64,000 nt of DNA, from positions 32,001 through 96,000 of the forward strand of contig MTLP01000028.1 of assembly GCA_002009975.1 (NCBI GenBank), in the 5' to 3' direction. The stretch comes from Thermococcus sp. JdFR-02 (GTDB lineage Archaea > Methanobacteriota_B > Thermococci > Thermococcales > Thermococcaceae). How positions within the stretch are numbered: position 1 is the stretch's first letter; every line of letters begins with the position of its first letter. Both the position numbers and the translations under genes were made by a program. The notes beneath the pieces were generated by a model, which did not search any database, was not told the DNA's origin, and saw only the letters and a program-made list of their open reading frames with translations. Of this stretch, positions 43,784 to 53,916 are shown in pieces.

Positions 43784-43805
43784 TACACTTTGTAGGTATA
43801 GTGTA
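43784..43805. promoter_or_regulatory. Putative TrmB-family operator of the sugar operon
   Basis: TACACT-N10-AGTGTA dyad just downstream of TATA TTTATATA (43769-43776). Confidence 0.5.
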
Positions 43806-43829
43806 CTAAAAATACAATAGGTGTTGGAC

Positions 43830-45188
43830 ATGAAGAAAAAAGCCGCGTTTGGAATTTTGTTGTTAGGTGTTTTTGTTTTTGGAGTAATGGCAAGTGGTTG
43901 TTTGCAAAAGCAGGGAACTACAACTACCCCTACTGAGAGCAAAGCAGAGGAAACAAAAGAAGAAATTAAGATTGTTGAACTTGAATTTTGGCATGGAATT
44001 GAAGCTCCAGAAAACCAAAAGGTGTTAGAAGAGCTTGTTAAGAGGTTTGAGGAAACTCATCCAAATATTAAGATAAAGATTGTTAACTATGGCGCTCAAG
44101 ATAAGGCAGTGCCAAAGATAATGTCTGCTGTTCAAGCTGGGACTCCACCTGACTTAGTTTGGCTTAACCCAGCACAAACAGGCTTCTTCGCTGAAGCTGG
44201 AGTTTTGGCACCAGTTGAAGATTTTATAAAAAATGATCCATCATTTAACAAGGATGACGTATACGAAGGTCTTTGGGAACTTGGAACCTATAAAGGTAAA
44301 ATTTACACTGCACCTTTTGACACTAACAACTTAGCTATTTATTATAACAAAGAGCTATTCAAGGAAGCGGGGCTCGATCCAGAGGCTTATATGGGCAAAG
44401 CATTAACATGGGAAGAATTTAGGGAATTAGCAAAGAAGCTTACAAAGGATAAAGATGGGGATGGAAAGATTGATCAATATGGCTTTATGGTCCCATTTGG
44501 AAGGTTAGAATGGACAGTTTGGACATGGGAGGTCTTCTTATGGTCAGCTGGTGGTGAGTTATTGACAGAAGATCAAAGCAAACCAATATTTGCAAGTGAA
44601 GCTGGGATAAAAGCTCTTCAATATTGGGTTGATTTAGTTTATAAGGACAAAGTTGCGAAGTTAAGTGAAGCAAACGCAGGCTATAAGTTAGATGACTTCT
44701 TTGCTGGAAGAGTAGCTATGATGATTAATGGTCCATGGAATTTCCCAGTTCTTAAGAGTGAAGGATGGCTGGAGAAGACAGGGGTAATGTTAATGCCTTA
44801 TGACAAGAGAATTGCCACAAACATTGGTGGAGAAAACTTGTTCATTTTCAAGACAACTCCTGAAAGAGAAAAAGCTGCTTGGGAGTTTGCTAAGTTTGTT
44901 ATGAGTCCAGAGTTCCAAGTTCCATGGGCATTAAAAACTGGTTACTTGCCAGTCTGTAAGAGTGCTTTAGAGAATCCAGAATACAAAAAGTTCCTAGAGG
45001 AGAACGTGTTCATTAAAATATATGTCGAGAATCTTCAATATGGTAAAGCAAGACCTCCAGTTCCCCAATACCCCGAGATGTCAGCGGCAATTGGACAAGC
45101 TATTGAAGCCGCACTGTTGCAAAAGAAAGACCCAGAAACTGCTTTAAAAGAAGCTCAAACAAAAATTGAAGAATTGTTTAAGTCTTGA
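43830..45188 (+). CDS. Sugar ABC transporter substrate-binding lipoprotein (CUT1)
   Basis: Lipobox MASGC, Thr-rich linker, IYYNKELF, AMMINGPW and GYLP motifs. Confidence 0.93.
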   Translation: MKKKAAFGILLLGVFVFGVMASGCLQKQGTTTTPTESKAEETKEEIKIVELEFWHGIEAPENQKVLEELVKRFEETHPNIKIKIVNYGAQDKAVPKIMSAVQAGTPPDLVWLNPAQTGFFAEAGVLAPVEDFIKNDPSFNKDDVYEGLWELGTYKGKIYTAPFDTNNLAIYYNKELFKEAGLDPEAYMGKALTWEEFRELAKKLTKDKDGDGKIDQYGFMVPFGRLEWTVWTWEVFLWSAGGELLTEDQSKPIFASEAGIKALQYWVDLVYKDKVAKLSEANAGYKLDDFFAGRVAMMINGPWNFPVLKSEGWLEKTGVMLMPYDKRIATNIGGENLFIFKTTPEREKAAWEFAKFVMSPEFQVPWALKTGYLPVCKSALENPEYKKFLEENVFIKIYVENLQYGKARPPVPQYPEMSAAIGQAIEAALLQKKDPETALKEAQTKIEELFKS

Positions 45189-45219
45189 CATTTTTATTTT
45201 TATTTTTGGAGGTGAGGAA

Positions 45220-46104
45220 ATGAGAGCATTTCCTAATAGAGAGCTGAGACATAACCTTGAAGCTTACACTTTTCTTGCACCTGCTTTAACTATCATGATC
45301 ATCTTCTTAGCTTACCCAGTTCTGAACCTATTTTACATAAGCTTTTTTGATTGGAGAGGATTAGGAGCTAGGCATTTCGTCTTCCTTGATAATTATAAGA
45401 TGCTTTTACGAAATGAGGAGTTTAGATTAGTTTTTAAAAACACCCTTATCTATATTCTTGGAGTAGTTCCAACCACGATGGTTTTCTCACTTTTTGCAGC
45501 TGTTTTGTTAAATTCAAAAATTAAGCTTAGGGGATTTTATAGGACTTCAATTTTTTCTCCTACTGCAATATCATTTGTAGCAACTGGTATCATCTGGGTT
45601 TGGATGTTTAACTTAGATTATGGGCTTGTTAATAGAGTTTTGAATGCTTTAGGTTTTTCAGTAATAGACTGGCTTAGAAGCACACCTTGGGCAATGGTTG
45701 CTGTTATAATAGCCACTGTTTGGGCAAGAGTTGGCTACTTTATGGTAATATACTTAGCAGGACTTCAAACCATTCCAGAGGATTATTACGAAGCATCGGA
45801 TATTGATGGAGCTAATTCACTTCAAAAATTCCTTCATGTAACACTACCATTGCTAAAGCCAACCCACGTTTTAGTTCTTGTCATGCTCACAATTTTTTCA
45901 TTTAGAGACTTTGATCAGATTTACACAATGACAGGGGGCGGACCTTTGATGTCAACAACAACCTTAGCTTATTATATTTATGTGCTGAGCTTTGAGCGGT
46001 TTAGATTCTCCCAAGGAGCTACAGTAGCCGTTATTTTACTCTTCCTTGTAATATTAGTACAGTATTTACAGAGGAAAGTGTTTGGAGAGGAGGCAATTTA
46101 CTGA
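45220..46104 (+). CDS. Sugar ABC transporter permease (MalF-like)
   Basis: EAA loop EASDIDGA. Confidence 0.92.
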   Translation: MRAFPNRELRHNLEAYTFLAPALTIMIIFLAYPVLNLFYISFFDWRGLGARHFVFLDNYKMLLRNEEFRLVFKNTLIYILGVVPTTMVFSLFAAVLLNSKIKLRGFYRTSIFSPTAISFVATGIIWVWMFNLDYGLVNRVLNALGFSVIDWLRSTPWAMVAVIIATVWARVGYFMVIYLAGLQTIPEDYYEASDIDGANSLQKFLHVTLPLLKPTHVLVLVMLTIFSFRDFDQIYTMTGGGPLMSTTTLAYYIYVLSFERFRFSQGATVAVILLFLVILVQYLQRKVFGEEAIY

Positions 46105-46113
46105 GGTGATAAA

Positions 46114-46944
46114 ATGAAGGTTAAGACAAGGAAATTTACCTTAAAAAGCTTAGCAATTCATGTATCAACTTGGGTTTTTATAATCATCATTATAGTACCT
46201 ATCCTTTGGACTTTCTTTACATCACTTAAAACTCCCGTAGAAATAGCCAAGGGAACGATTTTACCTGAAGCTTGGAAATGGGAAAACTATAGATTAGCTT
46301 GGGAACAGGCAGAGTTTCCAAGAAAATTTTTAAACAGTTTTATAGTGGCTATAACAGTTACCTTGGGTCAAATAGTTACTTCTGCAATGGCTGGTTATGC
46401 ATTGGCAAGAATGGAATTTAAAGGGAGAGAGTTAATATTCAGCATAGCTATTGCGTCAATGCTGATCTCTGAGCAAATAATAATTGTTCCCCTTTATGTT
46501 TTATTAGCAAAGCTTGGATGGATAGACAGCTACAAAGGATTAATGATTCCTTGGTTTTTCAATGGCTTTGGTGTTTTCTTATTTAGGCAGTTCTTTCTCA
46601 CGATTCCAAAAGATATAGAAGAAGCAGCAATAGTTGATGGGGCATCACGCTTTAGAATACTTTGGCAAGTTATGTTACCTCTAGCAACTCCAGCAGTTTT
46701 GACGCTTTTCATGTTCACATTTATAGCAGAATGGAATTCCCTTTTCAAGTGGCTTATCTTGATAAAATCTCCTGAAATGAGGAACGTGCAGCTTGGCTTA
46801 ACTCTCTTTCAAGAGCAATTCATTGCTCAATACAATCTCTTAACAGCTGCAACAATAATTGTTTCTCTACCATCAGTCATACTCTTTCTAATCGGTCAAA
46901 GATACTACATCAAGGGTATTGCAATGAGCGGAGTAAAGGGGTGA
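46114..46944 (+). CDS. Sugar ABC transporter permease (MalG-like)
   Basis: EEAAIVDGAS and WNS motifs. Confidence 0.92.
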   Translation: MKVKTRKFTLKSLAIHVSTWVFIIIIIVPILWTFFTSLKTPVEIAKGTILPEAWKWENYRLAWEQAEFPRKFLNSFIVAITVTLGQIVTSAMAGYALARMEFKGRELIFSIAIASMLISEQIIIVPLYVLLAKLGWIDSYKGLMIPWFFNGFGVFLFRQFFLTIPKDIEEAAIVDGASRFRILWQVMLPLATPAVLTLFMFTFIAEWNSLFKWLILIKSPEMRNVQLGLTLFQEQFIAQYNLLTAATIIVSLPSVILFLIGQRYYIKGIAMSGVKG

Positions 46945-46948
46945 TAAC

Positions 46949-48151
46949 ATGAGAATAGCCATGATAACTCCACATGGAGACCCATTAGGGAAGCTGGGGG
47001 AACCAGATACTGGAGGACAATGTGTTTATGTTAAGGAGTTGAGCAAGCATTTAGGGAAGCTTGGAGCTGAAGTAGATATTTTCACAAGACAAAGAGGTGG
47101 AAGAAGGGAAATAGAACAAATAAGCGAAAATGTTAGAGTTATTAGGATTGAGTGCGGACCGGAGGGATTTATTCCAAAGGAAAAGTTGATGCCATATTTA
47201 CCAGAGTTTACTGAAAAAGTCGCTGACTATGTCGAAAAAAGACAGTATGACATAATTCACACCCACTACTGGGACGGTGGCTTTGTTGGGCTGAAGCTTA
47301 AAGAGCGCTTTAGGGTTAAACTGGTACACACTTCCCATTCTCTCGGAGTTTTAAAAGCTAAAGCTCTGGGAAACTTTGAGCCTTATAAAGAGAGGATTGC
47401 TCTTGAAAAAGAAATTTATGGGAAGAGTGATGCGATAATTGCAACAACGAAGATTGAAAAGAATGACATAGCAACGCTTTATGGAATAGATGAAAGTAAA
47501 ATTTATGTAATCCCCATAGGAGTTGATACAACTTTTTATAAGCCAATGGGAACCAAAGGCAAACTCAAAAAAGATCTTAACCTGCCACAAATTCCATTGG
47601 TCTTTGCATTAGCAAGACTTGATCCAAGAAAGGGTCTTGACCTTCTTATAAAAAGCGTTCCTTATATTAAGAAACACTACAATGGAGACTTTTTAGTATT
47701 GATCAGCACTGGCACGGGAGCTAAGGAAGAGGAGAAGGAGATGAACAAGCTTTTAACACTAATAAGAGAGCTAGATGTGGAGAAAGAGATTAAGATAATA
47801 CCAGCAATTAAGCCAATAGACCTTGTGCCGAAATACTACTCAGCGGCAGATGTATTTGTTCTTCCATCCCCCTATGAACCCTTTGGAATAGTTATGCTTG
47901 AAGCAATGGCGTGCAAAGCTCCAATGGTTGCAACGAAGTTTGGAGGACCAGCAGAAGTGATCCAAGATGGCTATGATGGCTTTTTAGTTGATCCAAAGGA
48001 TTCTGGGGAAATGGGCAAAAAGATTGCAGAGCTTTTAAGAGATGATAAGAAAAGAGAGCTTTTTGCAGAAAGAGCATATAAAAAGGTCATGGAAAAATAC
48101 TCATGGAGCAGTGTTGCAAAAGAAGTGTTAAGTCTGTTCAGGGGTCTTTAG
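46949..48151 (+). CDS. GT4 glycosyltransferase, sucrose-phosphate/mannosylfructose-phosphate synthase-like
   Basis: HG..LGEPDTGGQCVYV, HYWDG, HSLG, RLDPRKG and EPFGIVMLEA motifs. Confidence 0.8.
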   Translation: MRIAMITPHGDPLGKLGEPDTGGQCVYVKELSKHLGKLGAEVDIFTRQRGGRREIEQISENVRVIRIECGPEGFIPKEKLMPYLPEFTEKVADYVEKRQYDIIHTHYWDGGFVGLKLKERFRVKLVHTSHSLGVLKAKALGNFEPYKERIALEKEIYGKSDAIIATTKIEKNDIATLYGIDESKIYVIPIGVDTTFYKPMGTKGKLKKDLNLPQIPLVFALARLDPRKGLDLLIKSVPYIKKHYNGDFLVLISTGTGAKEEEKEMNKLLTLIRELDVEKEIKIIPAIKPIDLVPKYYSAADVFVLPSPYEPFGIVMLEAMACKAPMVATKFGGPAEVIQDGYDGFLVDPKDSGEMGKKIAELLRDDKKRELFAERAYKKVMEKYSWSSVAKEVLSLFRGL

Positions 48152-48162
48152 GGGGGATTTTA

Positions 48163-49023
48163 TTGATAGATGTACTTTCAATAGGTGAAGTGCTTGTAGA
48201 CTTAAAAATCATTGACGGAAAGATAAGCGTGCATAGTGGAGGGTCTTGTCTCAACGTTGCTTTCTATTCAGCACAGCTTGGAGCAAGATCATCTTTTATT
48301 GGGACGGTGGGCGATGACTTTCTTGGGAGGTACATAACAAAAGAGCTTGAAAGCTTGGATTTTAAAATCCCCCTTTCAGTTATTAACCAAAACACCACAT
48401 TAGTTCTCATAAAGTCTGAAAAAGAAAAGCTTGAACCCTTAATTTACAGGGGAGCCGATAGGTTCATAACAGAGGAGCAAATAGTTGAAAGCTGGAAAGA
48501 TGCAAGAATCGTTCATACTTCAGCTTTTGCCCTTTCACTCAATCCAAGCAAGGAAGCAATTTTAAATGCATTAAAGCAGGCAAAGGAGAATGGTTCTCTA
48601 ATTTCAGTTGATCCTAATTATAGAAAGGATATCTGGAAAAGATGGGGAGCTGACGAGAGGGCACTTTTAGAGGCTATTTCAATAGCCGATATTGTTAAGC
48701 CTTCAATAGAAGACGCAAAAGAGCTCTTAGGAATAAGGGATCCAATGAAAGCTTTAAAGATTTTTAAGGGGCTTGGTGCTAAAAACGTTATATTAAGCAT
48801 GGGTGCGAAAGGGGTTATTGCATTAACTGAAGACGACAGGCTTATTAATATATCGAGCAAAAGGGTTAATGTCGTGGATCCAACTGGTGCTGGAGATTCA
48901 CTCCTGGGTACAATATTAGCAAAGTTTTCAAGGGGTTATGATATAGAAGAAGCAATAGAAGTTGGCACAGAAGTTGCGGCTAAAGTTGTCAGCACAGAAG
49001 GTACGCTAGTTAAGGTGGTATAG
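48163..49023 (+). CDS. PfkB family sugar kinase (fructokinase-like)
   Basis: GGSCLNVA, VGDDFLG, DPNYR and DPTGAGD motifs. TTG start at 48163 preferred. Confidence 0.85.
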   Translation: MIDVLSIGEVLVDLKIIDGKISVHSGGSCLNVAFYSAQLGARSSFIGTVGDDFLGRYITKELESLDFKIPLSVINQNTTLVLIKSEKEKLEPLIYRGADRFITEEQIVESWKDARIVHTSAFALSLNPSKEAILNALKQAKENGSLISVDPNYRKDIWKRWGADERALLEAISIADIVKPSIEDAKELLGIRDPMKALKIFKGLGAKNVILSMGAKGVIALTEDDRLINISSKRVNVVDPTGAGDSLLGTILAKFSRGYDIEEAIEVGTEVAAKVVSTEGTLVKVV

Positions 49024-50025
49024 ATGGAAAGGTTGCTTGAGAAATTCAAAGAATTCGGCTTTACCAAATATGAAGCCTTGGCTTATCTTACTCTTTTAGC
49101 CTATGGATCTCTAACTGCAAGAGGAATTTCAAAGAGAGCTCAAATACCATACAATAGAACTTACGATGTTCTAGCTTCCTTAATTGAAAAAGGCTTTGTT
49201 CAAGAGCTTGAGGGCAAATCAAGGACATTTATAGCTGTTGAGCCAGATGTTGCTTTTCATAGGTATTCCAAGGCATTAGAGCAGCTTAAAGAGGAAGTTA
49301 AAAGAGCAGCTGAAAACTTAAGAGTTGAGGAAAGGGAATATGCTATTTGGAGGTTTTCTTCTCCAGAAGAAGTTCTTATAAGCCTGAAGAACATGATGAA
49401 GAATACTACCTTTGAGTTTACACTTTTAGCTCCAAACAATTTCTTGTTTCAAATAACGGACGAATTAAAGGAGCTTTTGAAAAGAGGGGTAACGCTTTCT
49501 GTTTACACTGATGAAGATGTGGAGCTTGGATTAGGTGGAAACATTTTTGTTAGGATTACAGATAAAACGGGGCATATAATAGCTTTAAGTGATATAAAAG
49601 AGGTTTTGGTTTCTCCAAGCTTGGCTTTTGAGGTTGGAAGTGAACTACCTTCTGGTTTTAAGTCTAACTTTCCGGAGATACTTTTCTCCTATTACATTTA
49701 TATTAGGGATGTCTTTAACTCTTCAAAGCTCTTAGATTTCAATGTAGAAAGCTTCAATGAAAAAGAACTCCGCTTTGTAGTGTGCTATCATATAACCCAG
49801 ATTCTTGAGAAGTTCTTCAACAAAGGATTTGATGTTAAAGCTGAAATCCATACAACAACGGGGAATATTTTGGAGGGGAATGTGGTGGGGTTCATTGACA
49901 ACAAAGTGGTAAACAACTTCTCTTTGGATATAAATGGAACAAAAGTCACTGTTGGGGGTCCATTTTCGATTATTGAAGAGTATGAAGAAGAAGGGACTAT
50001 CCTTTACCCACAAAAGAGAACATAA
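49024..50025 (+). CDS. TrmB family sugar-sensing transcriptional regulator
   Basis: FGFTKYEA and IPYNRTYDVL wHTH, plus C-terminal effector motif VGG....E.YE. Confidence 0.9.
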   Translation: MERLLEKFKEFGFTKYEALAYLTLLAYGSLTARGISKRAQIPYNRTYDVLASLIEKGFVQELEGKSRTFIAVEPDVAFHRYSKALEQLKEEVKRAAENLRVEEREYAIWRFSSPEEVLISLKNMMKNTTFEFTLLAPNNFLFQITDELKELLKRGVTLSVYTDEDVELGLGGNIFVRITDKTGHIIALSDIKEVLVSPSLAFEVGSELPSGFKSNFPEILFSYYIYIRDVFNSSKLLDFNVESFNEKELRFVVCYHITQILEKFFNKGFDVKAEIHTTTGNILEGNVVGFIDNKVVNNFSLDINGTKVTVGGPFSIIEEYEEEGTILYPQKRT

Positions 50026-50034
50026 GGAAGAAAG

Positions 50035-50445
50035 CTACTCTCCCTTTGTCTTCATGATTTTAATTCTTCCAAGGGTTTCCCAGTATTCTACGTTTATCCC
50101 CTCTGTTATCTTATCCTTGATTTCATCGGCAACTCCGCTTTCTATTGGAACATCAAATATCTCATAGGTTTCCATATCCATTAGTTGCACTGTATCTGGT
50201 GTAATTGCAATAATTTGTCCAGTTCTTTTGTCGATGATTGGAACATCAACTTCAGCGCTTGTTGGCTTAACTATGCTCCTTGTCTTTTTGTCAAATATTC
50301 CAACGGCATCAATTCTTGCCTTTGCTGAACCGTGCTTACCTGGGGAAGAAATGGAGATGTTGACTATTCTGCATGGCTCACCATCAATAATAATGTACCT
50401 ACCAACTTTAAGCTTTCCAACTACAGCTCTTGTTTTGTCTCCCAT
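50035..50445 (-). CDS. eif5A: Translation factor aIF5A
   Basis: SPGKHGSAK hypusination motif. Confidence 0.97.
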   Translation of the reverse strand: MGDKTRAVVGKLKVGRYIIIDGEPCRIVNISISSPGKHGSAKARIDAVGIFDKKTRSIVKPTSAEVDVPIIDKRTGQIIAITPDTVQLMDMETYEIFDVPIESGVADEIKDKITEGINVEYWETLGRIKIMKTKGE

Positions 50446-50524
50446 ATTCAAACCTCCATAAGCGCTCTAAGAGTGCTTCGATATAGTTCTTTAAAAAATT
50501 TTTGAAGGAGTGTTTGGGTATTTT

Positions 50525-51184
<660 letters not shown>

Positions 51185-51196
51185 TCATGCTCACCT

Positions 51197-52273
51197 CTAT
51201 AGCTCTCTTTCAAACCTTTCAATCACAATTTCTCTCTCTTTAAGCCCTGAAATGATTTCATTGTAAGTGTCGTCTCTCATACCAAATATTTCTGGAGGAA
51301 TAACACCAAAGGCACATCGCTGTTCCGCTATTAAACGAGCTATAATTGCCGCTGTAAACCCCGTAACTCTTGCCATAGAGGTAAATCCTCCCTTAGCTTC
51401 ATCATAGAGGAAATACTTGATTTCTTTCTCTTTTTCTCCAGTTATGCCTTTTCCATAAACCTCCATTATTGAGAAGTCTTCACTTTCATACTGCATTAGA
51501 GGGGAAATAACCTTTAAGGTGAAATCTACATTCTCTGGCTTAAAGAATCCGAGCTCCCTTAAAACCTTCATCTTTTCTAAATGTCCCTTCCATCTTAAAG
51601 TCTTTTCTTCAAGGGTTTTTGCTCTAATAGTTTCAAGTAAAGTTCTCAATCCATCGCTAACGAACTCCTCGAACTTAAAATCTTTTATTTCAACACTCTC
51701 TATTTTTTCCAGAGGATCAACTTTTACAACCTGTCCCCTTTTAATTATCCTTGCCTCTCTCGTATACTCTTCAATTAAATCGTAAGGAGACCATGTGATC
51801 TTGTAATAAAGTGGTGGTTTTGGATCCTTAGGCAAGCCACCTACTCTAATAATTCCTTCCTCTAACTCATCAAGCTCTTGGTATATTCTTCCCAAAAAAA
51901 TGTTGCTCAATCCTGGGGCAAAGCCAGCATCAACCACTATCGTTATTTGAGCTTTTTCTGCCTCTTCTCTAAGCTCCATTGGATCTTCGGGCATAAAGGA
52001 GATATCCACCAAATCCCTCTTAGCTTCTATAGCAGCTTTTAAAGTTTTGAATCCAAATCTTCCTGGCAAAGCTCCAATAATTAGATCAAACTTTTTCATT
52101 GAATTTACTAATTCATCAAATTTGCCTGCATTAACTTTTATTGGATTTGCAAACTCTTTAACTGCTTCGAGCCTTTCTTTGCTTATATCTCCAACCCATA
52201 CTTCAAACTCCTTACTTAAGTCATAAGCTATTGCCTTCCCAACGTTTCCAGCGCCTAAGACGAGAACTTTCAT
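51197..52273 (-). CDS. Saccharopine dehydrogenase family / lysine 6-dehydrogenase
   Basis: GAGNVG, DAGFAPG, SDGLRTL and SMARVTG motifs. Confidence 0.85.
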   Translation of the reverse strand: MKVLVLGAGNVGKAIAYDLSKEFEVWVGDISKERLEAVKEFANPIKVNAGKFDELVNSMKKFDLIIGALPGRFGFKTLKAAIEAKRDLVDISFMPEDPMELREEAEKAQITIVVDAGFAPGLSNIFLGRIYQELDELEEGIIRVGGLPKDPKPPLYYKITWSPYDLIEEYTREARIIKRGQVVKVDPLEKIESVEIKDFKFEEFVSDGLRTLLETIRAKTLEEKTLRWKGHLEKMKVLRELGFFKPENVDFTLKVISPLMQYESEDFSIMEVYGKGITGEKEKEIKYFLYDEAKGGFTSMARVTGFTAAIIARLIAEQRCAFGVIPPEIFGMRDDTYNEIISGLKEREIVIERFEREL

Positions 52274-52333
52274 TTTTTCACCCTCCTGCATTTTGACCAA
52301 AGATATATATAAGGTTCATCTAAAATTAAAATC

Positions 52334-52924
52334 ATGCGTCTAAAGCTACCGAACCCATTGAGAAGAAGAAAGCTTCCCAAAGAGCTTCTAGAGAGTGGAG
52401 AAGTGAAATTAATGCATTTAAGTGACACTCCCGATAACATTTACTCATTCATCTTCAATCTACTTGAAAAAGTTGAACCGGAATATATAATCCACACAGG
52501 GGACTTAGTTGATAACATTAAGCTTGAAAGAAAACCAGAATTAAGGCAAAGGTATGAGAATTCTTTAAAAGCATTCCTTGAAATATTAGAGAACTCTGAT
52601 GCTAAGGTTTATATTGTCCCTGGGAATGAGGATGATGTTGAAGTTTTAAGGAAATTAGCAAAAAGAACGAGAATTTTAAAGCCGGGAAGCATTTTAGAGA
52701 TTGAAGGTCTTAAGTTAGCGGTTTCTCACACTCCAATTGAGCTTTTGGATATAAACAATGTTGACTTAAAGCTCTATGGACATAACTTCAAGATAATCCC
52801 AAAGGGTCTCAATGGTCTGCTTAATGTTAACTTTATACTATTTCCGAGCAAGAGAATTGTTAAGGTTAAATATCCAGATGGTACTAATTTTGAAAGAGGA
52901 TATAAGCTTATGAGGGGGTTGTGA
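52334..52924 (+). CDS. Calcineurin-like metallophosphoesterase (divergent motifs)
   Basis: HLSDTP, HTGDLVD, PGNED and YGHN motifs. Confidence 0.75.
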   Translation: MRLKLPNPLRRRKLPKELLESGEVKLMHLSDTPDNIYSFIFNLLEKVEPEYIIHTGDLVDNIKLERKPELRQRYENSLKAFLEILENSDAKVYIVPGNEDDVEVLRKLAKRTRILKPGSILEIEGLKLAVSHTPIELLDINNVDLKLYGHNFKIIPKGLNGLLNVNFILFPSKRIVKVKYPDGTNFERGYKLMRGL

Positions 52925-53916
52925 TGAAGTTATTGAGATTTGGTGCTTCCTTAGTTTTTGCAAGGGCTTCTGACGTTGAAAAGGCAGAAAAATTCCTGAC
53001 AAATCTTTTTGGTGTTTCAAAGATATCTGTTGACGATGCTCTAAAAAATAGTGGTGAGTTTGAAACCATAATATTCGTGACCCCGCTGGAAGAATGGAAA
53101 ACGATACTAAACTTGAGGAGAGGAGCATTTTTAGTTAGAATGCGCTGTGATAGTGTTTTAAAGGAGTTGCTGAATTCTAAAGCCCCGATAGATAGGATAA
53201 ACCTTGGACCTCATATGATTTTGCTTAGAATCCCTCAAGGTGTTGAAAAAGTCACAGAGATTATTTCTGAGAGATACAATGGGAAGGTGGTAAGCCTTGC
53301 AAGAGGCATTAATGAAGGGGAGGAGAGAGATACTCTCTTAATAATTACGGACAAAAAATTGACCTTGCCAGTAGGTGTGAGGGACTTAAAATCCATAGTG
53401 CTTGTACATGAGGATTTTGTTGACTTCTACAGAACATTGAGCGTAGATTTGCCTATTTTATTATACAAAGCCCTTCCAGAAGGTTGGAAAGAAATCGTCA
53501 TTAGAATTTATGACACTGAAAAAAGGTATGAGGAGAACATTGAGAGACTTTTACTCGTGCTGGAAGATTTAGATTTGGGCTTTGTTATAAGTGAAGGCTG
53601 GGATTGGGATTACCCAAGACCCTTCATGAGGATCAGAGTTTACAAAGTAAAACTTATTACGTGGGAAGATCCTCTGAGAATTAAGTTCCTTCTCAAAGGG
53701 CTTGAGTACAAGGGATATAACAGATTTGCCGATATTGATGTTTTTGTTGAAGGTGAAAAGATACCATGGATCAAAGTTTCCAAAAAATTTAACTCAAAAT
53801 TTGAGCTTGCAAAAGCCGCAAGAGAGGAGCTTGAAAAACTTTTAAGCGAGGGTGCGAAGAGAAAGCTTCATAAAATTGAAGCTAAGCTTTTGGGAGAAGA
53901 GAAAGATCTTCGATAG
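52924..53916 (+). CDS. Hypothetical protein, coupled to the metallophosphoesterase
   Basis: 330-aa ORF with GTGATG overlap and typical codon usage. Confidence 0.75.
   Translation: MKLLRFGASLVFARASDVEKAEKFLTNLFGVSKISVDDALKNSGEFETIIFVTPLEEWKTILNLRRGAFLVRMRCDSVLKELLNSKAPIDRINLGPHMILLRIPQGVEKVTEIISERYNGKVVSLARGINEGEERDTLLIITDKKLTLPVGVRDLKSIVLVHEDFVDFYRTLSVDLPILLYKALPEGWKEIVIRIYDTEKRYEENIERLLLVLEDLDLGFVISEGWDWDYPRPFMRIRVYKVKLITWEDPLRIKFLLKGLEYKGYNRFADIDVFVEGEKIPWIKVSKKFNSKFELAKAAREELEKLLSEGAKRKLHKIEAKLLGEEKDLR

Noticed and set aside
46949-48151. Calling the GT4 TreT or MshA
   Set aside because: It lacks TreT GGGVAE and MshA DAGGM and has the SPS-clade DTGGQ instead.
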